From: Octopus sinensis
Taxonomy: Eukaryota
DNA length: 64,000 nucleotides
Reading direction: 5' to 3'
NCBI RefSeq assembly: GCF_006345805.1
Contig: NC_043005.1
Span: 19,902,001 to 19,966,000, forward strand
Both the position numbers and the translations under genes were made by a program. Shown here piece by piece: positions 12,557 to 27,174 of the stretch. The notes under the pieces are model-generated. The model did not search any database and was not told the DNA's origin. It saw nothing but the letters and a program-made list of their open reading frames with translations. The stretch's first letter is position 1. Each line of letters opens with the position of its first letter.

Positions 12557-13807
12557 TCGGGTTATCCGGAAAGTTCGTACCGATTTATAGTAGCTTACAT
12601 TTCGACTTATTTTAGAACATGGTTGAGTCCATAAAATAGGATTTTACTACACCACCTTTTAGAGCACATTTTAAGCTATCTTTTCGTGGAAGAAGGTTTA
12701 TGTTCCTATAACCTGTGTTAATTCTGTAATCCTTTAAAATGGAAGATATGGAAGTTCATTTTCGGCACTTGATGCTTTTCTTTTTCCGTAAAGAGAAAAA
12801 TGCCTCACAAGCAACCAAAGAAATATGCGCAGTTTACGGAGATGTTTCTTTATCCGAAAGAACTGTACGGAAATGGTTCGCAAGGTTCCAAGCTGAAGAT
12901 TTTAGCCTTATTGATGATGACCAAATCAAGTCATTAATTGAGAATAACCCACATTGCACAACCCGAAAATTGGCAGAAAGCCTCAACCTGTCAAAATCCG
13001 TCGTTCATGAGCACCTGGTAAAGCTTGGGTACACAAATCGCTACGATGTTTGAGTACCTTATGAGTTGAGGGAGAAGAACCTTTTGGATGGCATTTCCAT
13101 CTGTGATTCGCTTTATAAACGGAATGAAAACGCGCCTTTTTGAAGCAAATTGTGACAGGTGATGAGAAATGGATTATCTACCGAAATATTCAGAGAAAGC
13201 GATCTTGGAGTAAGCGACATGATCCACCCTTAGCCACCCCAAAAGCGGGTCTTCACCCTAAAAAAGTCTTGCTTTGTGTCTGGTGGGATTGGAAAGGAAT
13301 TCTGTACTATGAGCTTCTCCCAAATAACCAGACAATTAATTCTGAGAAATACTGCACACAACTGGACGAGTTAAAATCAGAAATTCAAGAGAAACGTCCA
13401 GAATTGGCCAACAGAAAGAGTGCTGTTTTCCAACATGATAATGCAAGACCGCACATTTCTTTGGGAACTAAACAAAAATTGCTGCAGCTCGGCTGGGATG
13501 TGTTACCCCACCCCCCGTATTCACCAGATATTGCTCCTTCGGATTTCCACTTATTCAGGTCTCTGAAGAATAGTCTTAATGGTAAAAAATTTCAATTCCT
13601 TGGATGACGTAAAAAAATACTTTGATGAATTCTTTGCCATGAAACCACCTCAATTCTGGAAAGAGGGTATTTTCAAGTTAAAGGAAAGGTGGAGATGCAT
13701 TGTGCAACAAAATGGTTCATATTTGATTGATTAAAAATGTAATGGCAAGTATTTATTGACCTTTTTCTTGCCTTTAAAAATCGGCACGAACTTTCTGGAC
13801 AACCCAA
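12557..13807 (+). mobile_element. Mariner (DD34D) transposon, full length, defective
   Basis: TIRs tcgggttatccggaaagttcgtaccgattt / aaatcggcacgaactttctggacaacccaa, TA on both sides, 1251 bp. Confidence 0.92.
12739..13734 (+). pseudogene. Mariner transposase pseudogene
   Basis: HTH region, *VPYEL (WVPHEL with W to stop), IVTGDEKW, QHDNARPH, HPPYSPDIAPSDFHLF; in-frame stop and frameshifts. Confidence 0.92.
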
Positions 13808-13824
13808 TATATACATATATATTC

Positions 13825-13998
13825 GTGGCACTCCGTCGGTTGCGACGACGAGAGTTCAGTTGATCTGATCAACGGAACAGCCTGCTCGTGAAATTAACAT
13901 GCAAATGGCTGGACGCTCTACAGCCACTTGTACCCTTAACGTAGTTCTCAGGGATATTCAACGTGGCACAGAGTGTGACAAGGCTGGCCCTTTGAAAT
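13825..13998 (+). mobile_element. SINE-like repeat fragment
   Basis: GC-richer block (ccgtcggttgcgacgacgag...gatcaacggaacagcctgctcgtgaaattaac...ggccctttgaaat) recognised from memory as an octopus interspersed repeat; no second copy in the window. Confidence 0.5.
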
Positions 13999-14039
13999 CC
14001 CAGTTTCGCACAGAAGAGGGCCTACTAACCCGGAAAGGG

Positions 14040-14960
14040 CAAAGCTTCAGATCAAAGAAAAAGACAAAGGAATGTATTCTATGTGACTTTCTGTTTGCTG
14101 ATGATTGCACTCTGATTTCTCATACATTTGAGGGAATTCAGGAAACGGTCGGCAGGTTTACTGCGGCAGCTCATGCATTTGGACTATCAGCATCAAGAAG
14201 ACTGAAGTTTTATTTCAACCAATGCCTGGGGCAGAACATACTCAAGATTCAAACGTGATGAGTGACAACAAGCTACTCAAATGGCTCAGGTCATTCCAAT
14301 ATCTTAGCAGTACAGTAAACTTTAAGGGTACTCTTGATGACAAAATCAATGTCAAAATATCTAAGGCTACAAGTGCTTTCAGAAAAGTTTCCAATTATTT
14401 GTGGAATGAACACGGTGTCAGTCTGAAATGTAAAATAAGTGTAATAGAAATCTCGTATTTTGAGTACATTTTTGTTTGGGGCAGAAGCCTGGACCCCCAA
14501 CTACAAACATATAAAGAAACTTGAAACCCTTCACCTGTGCTGTCTGCGCAAAATCTGCAACATAAAACATGGTAGGATATCAAATGTCAAAATCTTAGAA
14601 AAATGTGATATCACCAGTATCCAAAGCATGCTGCTGAGAATTCAGTGTAGATGGGTAGGACATGTTGTTTGAATGAAAAACGACTGCATTCTAAAAGAAC
14701 TCTTTCTGTATGGTCAACAAGTGGAGGGATATCTCAACAAAGGAAGACTTGTCCTTAGGTATAAGGATAAGTCGAAGCAATCACTGAAATCCCTACAGCT
14801 TAACTTGACATCTTGGGAAAGCCATTGCCTAGATCGATCTGCATGGCATAAAATGTATCACAATGCATCAAAACAATCTGAGTTAAAGAAAAAGAAAAAG
14901 AAAAGAATTATATGCTGCAATCAAGACACGTTTACCCAATTCCAGGCAAAATCAAAATCA
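14040..14960 (+). mobile_element. RTE-clade LINE, RT C-terminal fragment
   Basis: CDFLFADDC (RT YxDD motif), FQYLSSTV, KISKATSAFRK, LFGAEAWT, RWVGHVV, GR..LRYKD; multiple frameshifts. Confidence 0.85.
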
Positions 14961-15313
14961 CCAATGCCCCAATTGTGACTTCATAGCAAAATCCATACCT
15001 GGACTCAAATTACATTCACGAATCTATCGAAAATAGACGCCGCTTTTTTTGTTCTTTTATTTTTAAAAGTTGTTTTCACTATTTTCGTTTTTATTCCTCT
15101 CCAAACACTTATATGTCGAAATCGACAGGAACGATAAACATAAACATTATTATTATTACTACTGTTATTTATCATTTTTATTATTACTGTCATTATCATT
15201 GTTGTTAGAATTGTTAATGTTAGCGTTACACATGCTAGAATGAGCATTCTCCATATTGTTATTATTGTGATTGTCTGTGTGTTGTATACCACTAGCAAAC
15301 TTATTGTTAACGT

Positions 15314-15545
15314 GGAGCCGTAATGGCCCATTAGTTAGGGCAGCGAACTCGCGGTCGTAGGACCGCGGTTTCGATTCTCAGACTGGGCGTTGTGTTTATT
15401 GAGCGAAAACACCTAAAGCTCAACGAGCCTCCGGTAGGGGGTGGTGGCGAACCCTGCTGTACTCATTCACCACAACAGGCGAACCCTGCTGTACTCATTC
15501 ACCACAACAGGCGAACCCTGCTATACTCATTCACTCTTTCTTGTA
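15314..15545 (+). mobile_element. tRNA-derived SINE with internal 32-bp triplication
   Basis: tggccc.ttagttagggcagc..actcgcggtcgtagg.ccgcggtttcgattc head; ggcgaaccctgctgtactcattcaccacaaca x2.8 at 15446-15534. Confidence 0.7.
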
Positions 15546-16500
15546 TTTATCTCGTCTAAGAAAGGATATTCCGGAAATTCTCCTGCTACTGGCCACTGAA
15601 GGATTTCATTGGTTACTTCAGGATCGGTAATGAATTTTTGATTTAATACACATTCAAAGTGTTCAGCCCATCTTTTCGAAATTTCATCTTTGCTATTTAA
15701 GAGTTTTGTTCCGTCGTTAGAAAGAATAGGTTTTGTACCATCCTTTTTTGGACCAAAGACACCTTTCAGGTTATACAATATTCTCAAGTTGAGAGTTAGC
15801 AGCCTGTCACAATACTTCAGCTTTTTTTGCCTATCAAGAATTTTTCATCTCACACAGTTTTTCTGTGTAGTTTTCTTAGAGGAGATGCATAAGAATCTGA
15901 GTGTTGATGAGTTTTTATCTGAGATCCTTACCTTGTGTCTTTTGTGCAAAGTTTCGTGGAGAGGTTTGATTTGAAAATCATTCTCATCGAACCAATCTTG
16001 GTGCTTGAGTCTGACGAATTCTAGAACTTCTTCAGCTGATGATTCGATGCTATCGAGAGTGTCGTGCCACAAAACTTCAAGGTCATTCCTTTCTTTTTAT
16101 TTTCCCAAGCTTTGAATATAGATGGATTTCAAAATTTTTTGTCGCTCCTGGACTTTTTAAAGAGGAAACGTTTATTCTCAGAGTTATAATGGATCTCAGC
16201 GGCCTCTTTGTATATGATTTAACAAGTACCTTATTGCGAACCATTCTGTGATCCGAGTAACACTCCTGCGTTTTATGAGTTCTAGTTAATCTGAAATCAC
16301 TGCAATCCTTGTTCTTAGTTATAACTTAGTCAAGCATGCGCCAGTTACCAGATCGGGGATGCTTCTCCAGGTGTTTTGATATTTATCCGTCTGCTGAAAC
16401 ACAGTGTTTGTGATTGTTAGACCAAACTGTTGACAAAAACAGCAGTCGTAAACCACTTTCATTTATCGTTCCTGTTCCATGATTTTCTACTAGTCTTGAC
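15546..16500 (-). mobile_element. RTE-clade LINE fragment (endonuclease-RT linker)
   Basis: KHQDWFDEND, LKGVFGPKKDG..PILSNDG..LL..KDEI.KRWAEHF..VLN are typical RTE linker motifs. Confidence 0.75.
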
Positions 16501-16585
16501 CACAGTGCGTGTTTATTGTACATTCTGGCATTAAAATCGCTCATCAATATGATTTTATCATGGTCTGGATTATTATTATTATTAC

Positions 16586-16629
<44 letters not shown>

Positions 16630-16671
16630 CATCGTCATCATCATCAACATCGTTATTATTATTGTTATTAT

Positions 16672-19131
16672 TTTATTGTCTTTGTGCAGCTTCTAACGCT
16701 GGAGATGTACTACGGTGTCAGCTGTTCACTCCCAGTGAACTAAGGTAACACCCCTTATTTTTCGAACACTATCCGGAGTATTTGAGCGCTTCCGAGCAGT
16801 GCTGTTGTCTGCAACTGCTCCACCCTTATTGCAATCCCCTATTTGTTCCATGTATTTCTCAAAATTTTTATTCACTGTTCCCAGGCTCCGACAGTTATTG
16901 GTACTACTACAACCTTTTTCAGCGACCACAACTGCTTTACCTCTCAAGTTAACCTGTCATATCTAACGACTTCTCGTTCCTATTTATTGCATACCTTGTT
17001 GTCAGCTGGGCATGATATATCTATGACCCAGCATCGTATGCTTTCTTTCTCAATTAAGACTATGTCTGGCTTCCTATTCTCTGCTTCATGGTTGCACTGA
17101 ATCATAAAATCCCATAGGATCTTTGCATTATCATTTTCGATGATGCCACTTTTTGCTCTGTCAAGTCCGTACTCGTTGCAAAGTGTCCAATGGACAATCC
17201 TTGCTATATTGTTGTGATGTCTCTTACATTCTTTGTGGGCTGGTGGTGCACATTGACTGGTAATATGCCATACAGTTTCAACATTTTGTCAAAAATTTCT
17301 GCACTTATCACCTTCTGATGTGTTGTCTATTCTGTATTTGATGTAATTGGTACATAATGCTTGCTCTTGGGCAGCACAGATTAGAGCCTCTGTTTCCGGT
17401 TTTAAGTCACTTTTAGTCATCCATAGCCATCTTTTTTCTCTGTCTGTCTTATCTTCAACATCCCTATGAAATTGTCCATGCATTCTTTTCTTTATCTACT
17501 TATTTTTTCATTTATTCTCAAGTGCTTGTACAGAGCTTTATCTTTGCAATCTTCCATCCTACACAAGCCTGACCGTCTTACTTTCAATAATAGCGGTTCT
17601 GTGGCATTTTTACATACCATGCAATGTTGTTCTCTTCTGCTCTAATGCTGTGTTCGCATCCAATCAGTCTTCTTCGCCCTCTTGTTCTTGGTACATACAG
17701 TCTGTGTCACGTTTTAGGTGGAGTATCCCATACCTAGTCAGCAACTTCCTTGTCTTTCTGTCTAAGCTGTTTAGTTCATCTACTGTCCATGCGATTACCC
17801 CTGCTCCATATCTAAGGAGTAAAACCGCCCAGATATTGATAGCATCAATCTTATTCCGTCCATTTAATTTTGACTTCAGGATCAATCTCAGTCTGCGCAA
17901 GTATTCCACCTTAAATCATTCTGTCATTTCTTTCTGCATCAATTTATCCATTTCCAATATCCCCAAGTACTTATAGCCCCTCTTTTCTATCTACTTCATA
18001 ACCTCCCCCGACGGTATCACTAGCCCGTCCATAAATTTGATTTCGCCTCTCTTCAAGACTAACACACCATATTTTTACAGTACAAAATCCATTCTGATAT
18101 CAGCACTGAAAGTATACACCGTATCAACGAAGGAACTGACTTGAGATTCATCTTTACCATAAAGTTTAAGGTAATTCATGACTTTTTGTTGGCGGCTATT
18201 GAATACACACCCAGCCTTTGCTTTCCGCAGAATCAATGTTAGTGGTATCATGCATAGTACAAAGATCAGTGGGAACAGGCAGGCTTCTTGGAAGATTCCT
18301 CTCCTGATTTCTATTGTCCCTAAACTTCTTCCATATGCTGTCAGTTCCGTCCTCCAATTCGCCATACGTTTTCCAAGCAATCGCTCAACATTCGATGCAA
18401 TACCATATAGGTTCAAACATTTCATAATCCAACAATGTAGGATTATCGTATCGTACACCTTACGATAACCAATCTATGACATGGCTAAGTTAGTTTTCCT
18501 CCACTTGTAGTCTCTAAGTAGAGTTTTATCTACCAGGAGTTGATCCTTTGTACCTCTGCACTTACGCTTGCAAGCCTTCTGCTCATGTGACAGGACTCCA
18601 TATATTGACTCTGTGACTATTCCAGTCAATAATTTCCACATAAGTGGCTAGCAGGATCTCGGCCTGTAATTGTCTACTGTATTGCCTTTTACGATGTTTT
18701 TCAAGCACAGCACTATCCTACCCAATGTCAACCACTCTGGTGTTACTTGGTCGGCATTTAACAAGGTGTTGAGTTGCACAGCTATTCATGCATGACATTC
18801 CCCAAATCTTTTGATCCAGTAGCCTTGAACTCCATCTGGTCTCGGAGTTGCCCAATTTTTATTTATTTATTTATTTTTGCTGATTTCCTTCACTTCTCTA
18901 ACTGAAATAACTAGTTCTTCTTGTTTTGGACAGACTACTGTTTGTTTCAGTTCTTGCAACAATTCAACATCCTTCTTGTGCGCCATGTCTTTGCTCCAGA
19001 TGTCACTCCAAAGCCTTTGACTTTCAATGTTATCTGGTATTATATGTACTGTCTCCATTGATTTCTTTGTAGAATCACTTCTGATCTACTCTGAATAGCC
19101 TATTTTGCAGCTATCCTTTCATTCTTTGATC

Positions 19132-19132
<1 letters not shown>
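16672..19132 (-). mobile_element. R4/Dong-like RLE LINE, 5'-truncated, decayed
   Basis: RT (RRGIFQ..LFPLIFVLCMIPL; YKYLGILE), HGQF..LWMTKSDLKPETEALICAAQEQAL, CCHC knuckle, ILWDF..KPDIV endonuclease; flanked by (TAA)n on both sides. Confidence 0.88.
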
Positions 19133-19186
<54 letters not shown>

Positions 19187-20485
19187 AGTAATAATGCATA
19201 TAGTATAAACATGAGTAACGCAAAGAATTTCCAATTGTATACTAATGAGAAAAATGTAACTGTAACAATAAAGCTGCATGTCCTCAAATGAATGAATGTC
19301 TCCGAAAAATCATCGTGTATGAATGCACAATCTGGACTCAAGCAAAAGAAATCACATATATATGTACAATATCAGATTATTTCGAAATCGATGGCATAAT
19401 CACGTTTACGTCATTTAAAAGGAAATACGGAAGGAACAACAATTCATTCGTCAACCTAATATAGAATCTTACAAGAAGGATGTTGCAACACATCTCTTTG
19501 TTCGTGATAAAAACTGCTTGTCCATATGATGCGAACTCCAGGTTATTCACTCTTTGCTTGGATGATACGCTGTGTATATTACTAACCAAAAAGGAATTAA
19601 TTAACAAACATTTGGATATTACTATATGATGTAACCACAAATATGTAAAAACTTTCGGGGAATACGGGGAAAATATTTAATAGAAAATGATTAACTGTTT
19701 TAGTAACATCTCACATCAATAACGGAAAACTTCATAATTTATTAATGTATTACTTCAGAAAGAAGAAAATGCATCTTAGCAAAGAAATAACTTAACTTTA
19801 TCTTCTTAGAAAAATGTCTGTGTCTGCGTGTTCGTGGGAGTGCGAGAATATCATAAATATATTTACTAGCAGTCCGCAAGTAAATTAGTAGCGAAGACAC
19901 TAGCTATTAACGGGTGTATGATTCTAGATACACAAAGGCATCTTATAATTTGATCTATTCGTTCATATATTTATTTTCCTTTCATTCATTTTTTTCTCTT
20001 TGATTCATTCTATTTCTTTTCCAGTTAATTTGGATTTGTGGTTTATCATGTATTTGTTTTATTTTGTTTTAATAATGGTATACTAATGAAATAATAATAA
20101 CATCTTCAACAAAGAGTATATATTTTGTCAACTAAGAATTAATTCGGCAAATTAACTAATGATTAATTCAATTTATACATAAACCTGATGAGCCGATACC
20201 CTCCAGCATTGTTTAAATAATACTGATTAAGAGTATTATTTCGTATATTATATAATAATATTCCAGCAATAATCTCCTGGTAAAATGTCGTTGAAGAATT
20301 ATGTAATGAAACGAGTTGCTCACTCCATTCTCCTTGTTAATGTTTATATAAACTCGACGGATATTTACGGATTTTCAAATATATCATCAGTAAAGTGATC
20401 TACCTTCGTTATACAATAGCATCTGATAGCCTATACTCATGAACGGATTTTATAAAATAAACTACAAGGTTAAACTCAAATGAAG

Positions 20486-20683
<198 letters not shown>

Positions 20684-21550
20684 TAAGCACTTTCAAAATG
20701 AATTAGCTAAACAACAAATTCATTCAAAATTTGACTTCAATAACACGTCCATTCATTTAATAAATGTACCACTTCCTTCTCTGAATTTATTTGGAAACTA
20801 AAAGCTTTCAATGTACCTTATATTTCTTGTAAAGTTATCTTTCTTATTAAGTCTTTCAGAAATAATAATAAGTTTTGTCAACTTTCTACTGTTAAATTAT
20901 ACGAAACGATACTCTCCAAACAATTGCTATCCTGAAATAGTCTTTTATTGTCGACACTGAACTTATGAACTCTATGAACTCTAAAATACTATGACCCTGC
21001 AAATTACAAACAATACTTCTAACACATTTTTTTGATGGCTGACATTGCAAATTCAAATTATTTTCTGCATTATGTGTGTAATTTTTTTATCTGCATGAAT
21101 TAGGTTATATGAAATGGCGAATGCAACTATATCGCATATACGTGTTTTATATCAAAGTGCCTGAATCCCCTTTTAAAAATGGTACTACCGCTTGAACTCT
21201 ATATACCAATAAGTCCGCTTGTGTAAACATATTTGTGTGTGTATACATGTATGGATGTGCATGTATGTACGAGTATGTGTGAGTGTGTGTGAATACATAT
21301 ACACACAGGATTTTATTCTTTATTTTTTATTCTTTATTTCGATTTTATTTTATACTTCAAATTAGTTTCTAATTGTAAGCACAGAAATATATTAGGTCAT
21401 ACCATAAGTTCTCTCCCAATTTTGAATAAAGAAAACAAGTGATCAAATGTTATATTTAATCATCAATGTACTTTCCCTGATAATCTATGACTTCTTTCCA
21501 TCTATTTACAAGCTTTTTGGGATGACCTGATATATTCTTTGTTTGTTTTT

Positions 21551-21770
21551 TTTACTTGTTTCAGGGATTTGGCTGCGGTCTTGCTAGACCACCGCTTTAA
21601 AGAATTTTAGCTGAAGAAATCGACCCCAACATGTATTCTTTGTAAGCCTAGTACTTATTCTATCGGTCTCTTTTGCTGAACCTCTAAGTTATGGAGACAT
21701 AAACACACCAGCATCTGTTGCCAAGCGATGGCGGAGGGGAGGACAAACATAGACACAGACACACGCACAC

Positions 21771-21861
<91 letters not shown>

Positions 21862-22014
21862 CGACGGACTTTTTTCAGTTTCCGACTACCAAATCCACTC
21901 ACAAGTCATTGATCGACCGGAGGCTATAGTAGAAGACATTTGCCCAATATGCCACATAGTTGGACTGAACCCGGAACCATGTGGTTGGAAAGCAAGCTTC
22001 TTACCTCACAGGTA
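21551..22014 (-). mobile_element. tRNA-derived SINE with internal (AGAT)n
   Basis: Reverse-complement homolog of 11517-11955. Confidence 0.85.
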
Positions 22015-22104
22015 CCCCATTTATGTGTGTGTGTGTGTGTGTGTATGTGTGTGTGTATGTGTGTGTTTGTGTGTGTGTGTGTGTGTGTTGTGTGTGTGTG
22101 TGTG

Positions 22105-22143
<39 letters not shown>

Positions 22144-22539
22144 GTGTGTGTGTGTAAATAAATAAATAGAGTTTAACGCAGATATAATTAAAATACTTTT
22201 ACTTCTGACACGTGTAACATGGAAGCTTCTAAACTTAAAAATCTATGTGCAATATATGTAAGACAATAAATAAATATTAGAAATATTAAATTTCTAAATA
22301 TTTCAAAGAGATATAAGCAGTGGTGGAACGATAAAGCAGTACTATACTGTCAACTTAACGTGACAGTCCCGTAAATGGAAACACACCACAGCTATTTAGC
22401 CCTAGGAAGCATCAACGCTTCCTGTCGCCCTTGACACATTTACTGTGTCCTTATGTTTACAAAGGGGAGACAAGCACCCCCAACAGCTAGGCCTGCACCC
22501 AGAGACATGTTTCTGAATCTTGCTCGTCATCAGTCTGGA

Positions 22540-23083
22540 GCAGCTTTGTGAAAGGTGAGTTTTACAACAGGATATCGACCCTAAGCACACGGCGAAGTCT
22601 ACCAAAAAATGGATTGTCGATCACAATACAAAATTATTAGAATGGCCAAGCCAGTCACCTGAACCCCATTGAAAATTTGTGGCGTTATTTGAAAATTAAA
22701 ATTCATTCAAGAGCCCCAACGTGCATTACAGATTTGAAGAAAATTTGTCAAGAAGAATGGGAAAAAATTCCTAAAGAAACATGCGAGTCATTGATTAAGA
22801 ACTACAAAGAGATTGGTTGAAGTGGAACTGAATAATGGTTATGCTACGAAGTATTAAATCAGAATTATCAGTTATTTATGTTCTGTACGAGTACATTTTT
22901 CACCCCTAAATATTTATAATTGTATATAAATTCCTTAGTAAGTATAATTTATTAGTTTCATTTGCATATTCTTAGTTTATGCATGTGTATGCAAATAGAG
23001 TATTGGTATATCCCATTTATGTTCATTAGAAATGAGATAAATAAAGATTTTTGACATATATGAATATTTATTTCACCCTACTG
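22540..23083 (+). mobile_element. Tc1-like (DD34E) transposon 3' fragment
   Basis: [36 protein letters not shown]...LKK...EEWEKIP...GYATKY*; probable right TIR tgaatatttatttcaccctactg followed by TA. Confidence 0.85.
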
Positions 23084-23779
23084 TATATAAATATATATAT
23101 ATATATATATATACAAATATATATACATATGTATGTATGTCTGTGCGTGTGTGTGCGTGCGTGTGCGTGTGTGTGTGTGCATGTGTGTATGTACATTGTG
23201 GGAGCACAGTTACTAGTATTGACTTACATTTCCAAGCCTAGAAATAATTTTCCCGCATTTATTTACTGCTGCTTTTATATGCAATTTTGCACTTTAAGTA
23301 TATATATAAAGTTTTTAAGTATATACGTAAGTATATATATTTTAAATATATATATATACTTAAAATCTATTACCTTTCGTATGCTTAGATCTTCCGCTTT
23401 AGATTTTTATATTTATTACCCTATATATATATATATATATATACGTCCCTGCTTACAGTTAATAAAATTTATATGACACCCATCCGAATTAAGCCGTATT
23501 TTATAATAAAGTCCTGTTTATTCAGCATATTTGATCATCTATTTATTTATTGTCTTACATATATTGCATATAAATTTTTAAGTTTATATCAGCTTCCATA
23601 AACGTAATACTACACTTTCTGTATACCGTTTTATATTTTGCTCCTTAGTCGTATTTCCGTTATGTGTGTGATAGCAGTTCTGTAACTTACCCTGTTATTA
23701 GCTAGCATACAAGTTATTAATTTCAATGAATTCTGAGTGCCTCTCGCAGTTTTCGCGTGAAGCAAAATATCTGCGATAC

Positions 23780-24180
23780 TCTTTTACTTGTTTCAGTCAG
23801 TTGACTGCGGTCATGCTGGACCACCGCCTTTAATCGAGCAAATCGACCCCGGGACTTATTCTTTTGTAAGCCCAGTACTTATTCTATCGGTCTCTTTTGC
23901 CGAACCGCTAAGTGACGGGGACGCAAACACACCAGCATCGGTTGTCAAGCAATGCTAGGAGGACAAACACAGACACACAAACATATATACGCACATACAT
24001 TTATATATACATATATACGACAGGCTTCTTTCAGTTTCCGTCTACCAAATCCACTCACAAGGCATTGGTCAGCCCGGGGCTATAGCAGAAGACACTTGCC
24101 CAAGATACCATGCAGTGGGACTGAACCCGGAACCATGTGGTTGGTAAGCAAGCTACTTACCACACAGCCACTCCTGCGCC
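23780..24180 (-). mobile_element. Full-length tRNA-derived SINE
   Basis: Reverse-complement homolog of 11517-11955, head aggcgcaggagtggctgtgtggtaag. Confidence 0.88.
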
Positions 24181-25282
24181 TATATTTGATTATTATCTTT
24201 TCTTTTATCGAAACTGTTTCAGTTTAAGAAACTGCGCGATGTTTATTTCACCATTCATTCATTTAAATTAATTACTCTAAATTAAGTCTGTCTTTTTTTT
24301 TTGTTTTCGTTCAAAGTTACATTACTTATTCAACAAGCTTCTAACAGCATTGAGTAATTCAATAGCATTTATTAGCAGCAGAGCCATAGATTGATTTATA
24401 TACCTTATATCAACTTGTAATACGACAAACGAGATTTTTATGGAGAATTTAAACTTATTGCTCTTCTTTTATTTTGCAGACAAATATACACACAGTTATT
24501 TCAGATATTTCTTATTTATTTCAAAAGATAGATATTTCTTTCTCATAAATTGCATGCAATGCTTTAATTTTTTTCGAATGAAAACTTTTCAAAGTCCGTC
24601 CAGTTGTAATATATCCTGAACTATGCTAAGCCATTGTTTTCGAGTTGACCTTTATACCAACCTATATCCAATAAATCTTGTCGTAAATTTTCCTTGCATC
24701 ACTTCCAACTTAACCCTCCCTTTCGTCTGTCCGTCTACTAATATATCTACTTAATCTTTCTTCAGCTTGACTTTTCCCCCATTTAGTTTCCTACCTTGAA
24801 TACAATCAAAACTTATTGAAATTTTTAACAAATTTTAAAACACATCATACACACTATATTTTTACAAAATTTCCCTCTATTTGAAAAACATTAGTAATGA
24901 CTCGACACTTTCACTATTTGAAAAAGCGGACAGGTAAAACTTGAAGGTCCAGTCAACTTGATGTTCATACTGAGGCTAATCGTAAATAGTCACCGAAACA
25001 TCTAGACGCCCCATAAGGTGATGTATGCTAATTTTTATAGGTGTTTTGGTAAACAGCAATTATTTTGCTTGTTTAATTCGCATTGATGTAAAATCTGTTT
25101 TGAGATGCATGTGTATGCGCGCCTGAGAATGAGTGTGTATATGAGAATATGTACATATGTATGAACAAGTATGTATGTATGTATGTATGTATGTATGTAT
25201 GTATGTATGTATGTATGTATGTATGTATTTAAATGTACATATTTGCGTATAGATACATACATATGTGTGTGTATATGCATAG

Positions 25283-25341
<59 letters not shown>

Positions 25342-25352
25342 GATAGATATAT

Positions 25353-25403
<51 letters not shown>

Positions 25404-25479
25404 TATTACTCTACCACTGGTATTTGAGTACTCTTTTTTCCACCTTGTTTCACATTTATGTGTTTACTCCGGTATATAT

Positions 25480-25539
<60 letters not shown>

Positions 25540-25614
25540 TACATACAAACATATATATACGTACCTACATCTACATGTATATATACATGCATATATAAAT
25601 AATTATACGTGAGT

Positions 25615-26085
25615 ACAGGATACCACAATAAGACGTAGAAACGGGAAAAACAAAAAAAAAACAAAAAACAAGAAAACGAAAAAACAAAAAACAAGAAAAC
25701 GAAAAAAACAGTTACAGGACGTGCTACACAAGGAAAAAACCCCCGTCATCAGCTGTCGCTAGTAGACTCAAGCATGTTTCGAAGGCAAAGACAGAACACT
25801 AATCCACTAGGCCTTCCTGCGAGAGAATTAAAATAAAATTCCAAGCAGTGGGGAAAAATGAGTACGAACACGAACAGGACATAACAATAAAACTGCAAAA
25901 ATAAAAATACATGTACAAAAAATACAAATAAATACAAAACGAAAAAATAAAAAGAGAATACGATACAGGAAATCAAACACACAAGAGGACGAACGAAAAA
26001 GCATTTTTTCTGGCATAGACGAGGGATACTGTGGCAGCGCGTGGAAGGCAGTCTTTTCAGTAGTAAGAGCAACGTGTAAAATACA
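25615..26085. repeat. Interspersed repeat with architecture related to the 2635-4384 unit and 43715-43890
   Basis: Shared order on + strand: acaggac ... cccc ... tc(a/t)tcag ... N24 ... tttcg, with A-rich spacers. Confidence 0.5.
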
Positions 26086-26117
26086 TATATATATATATAT
26101 ATATATATTCATGCACG

Positions 26118-26333
26118 AGGCGGCGAACTGGCAGAATCGTTAGCACACCGGGCGAAATGCGTAGCCGTATTTCGTCTTCCGTTACGTTCTGAGTTCAAAT
26201 TCCGCCGAGGTCGACTTTGCCTTTCATCCTTTCGGGGTCGATAAATTAAGTACCAGTTACGCACTGGGGTCGACTGATCGACTGGCCCCCTTCCCCAAAA
26301 AGTTCGGGCATTGTGCCTAGAGTAGAAAATAAT
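26118..26333 (+). mobile_element. tRNA-derived SINE (second family)
   Basis: ggcggcgaactggcagaatcgttagc...gagttcaaattccgccgagg...tcatcctttcggggtcgataaattaagtaccag; minus-strand relatives at 54255 and ~56560. Confidence 0.8.
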
Positions 26334-27134
26334 ATATACATTCACACACACAGACAGACAGACAGATAGATAGACGTTCCTCAAAATATCTCAAGGTTTA
26401 TTTGTGTGAGGCATTTTTCGAAATTACTCAACAATAAACACACAAGCACGCACGCACACACACAAGCACGTGCTCACACACACCTATCATTCTTCTGCAC
26501 ATTCTATTCTTCGTATTGGTCAACAGGAAAAGATATTACATCTATTAAGATATCCGTTTGCATCTTTTTTTTTTACATTTCAATTTTATTATTTACTTTT
26601 ATCTTCACTTCCGGATTTGTCGCCGAGTCTGATCCCATCTGTGTGTCTGTTTGTTAAAATAGCAAAGAGCATCTATTACGAATTTCGTTTTTATTGTATC
26701 ATATTATATTATAACATATGTTAGAGACTGTGGAATGTAATAACTTCCTCCGCCTCCAACAAGGAAGACGGTCTTAGTGTATTGGAATAATTCCACATGT
26801 TCTTTTCTTCCCCTCCCGCACCAGCATTTGAAGATGTTTATACAACTACATCAAACACGTAGCCTCTACTTAGTACCCAACAGGCTTATGCACCATGTGT
26901 CCAGTCCATATGAAAGTCTCCCAATGTAAATGACGCAGTATTCGGTGTTCGAACAAGACATCCTTGTTAAGTTGGATACAAATATTGCCTTTTGGTATTA
27001 ATAATGCTGCTGCTGCTAAAAATTATTTTTTTATAAGTATGTTAGCTATATGTGACATCAGAGCCTAAACGGGCATTGAACATTTATATATCACTGGCAG
27101 AGAGATTTGGCTGTATGCGGCGACCGGGAGTCTT

Positions 27135-27174
27135 CCACTGATAAGACGAGGCACGTCGAAATCACGTGATCTAG
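27135..27174 (+). ncRNA. Degenerate type I hammerhead (G8A)
   Basis: cca CTGATAA gacg aggca cgtc GAAA tcacgtga TC tag. 4-bp stem II, perfect palindrome atcacgtgat, AUC triplet; core G8A and weak stem I. Confidence 0.6.

Noticed and set aside
15446-15534. 32-bp repeats as a CRISPR array
   Set aside because: Contiguous repeats without spacers, no cas genes, eukaryotic context.
14040-16500. Opposite-strand RTE fragments as one twin-primed insertion
   Set aside because: The inverted upstream part lies 3' of the RT fragment, the wrong side for 5' inversion; more likely separate insertions or a later rearrangement.
24965-25015. ctgaggcta...tagtcaccgaaac (and similar caccgaaacatctaga at ~27553)
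   Set aside because: Core incomplete and no stem I; may be a very old HHR but cannot be supported.
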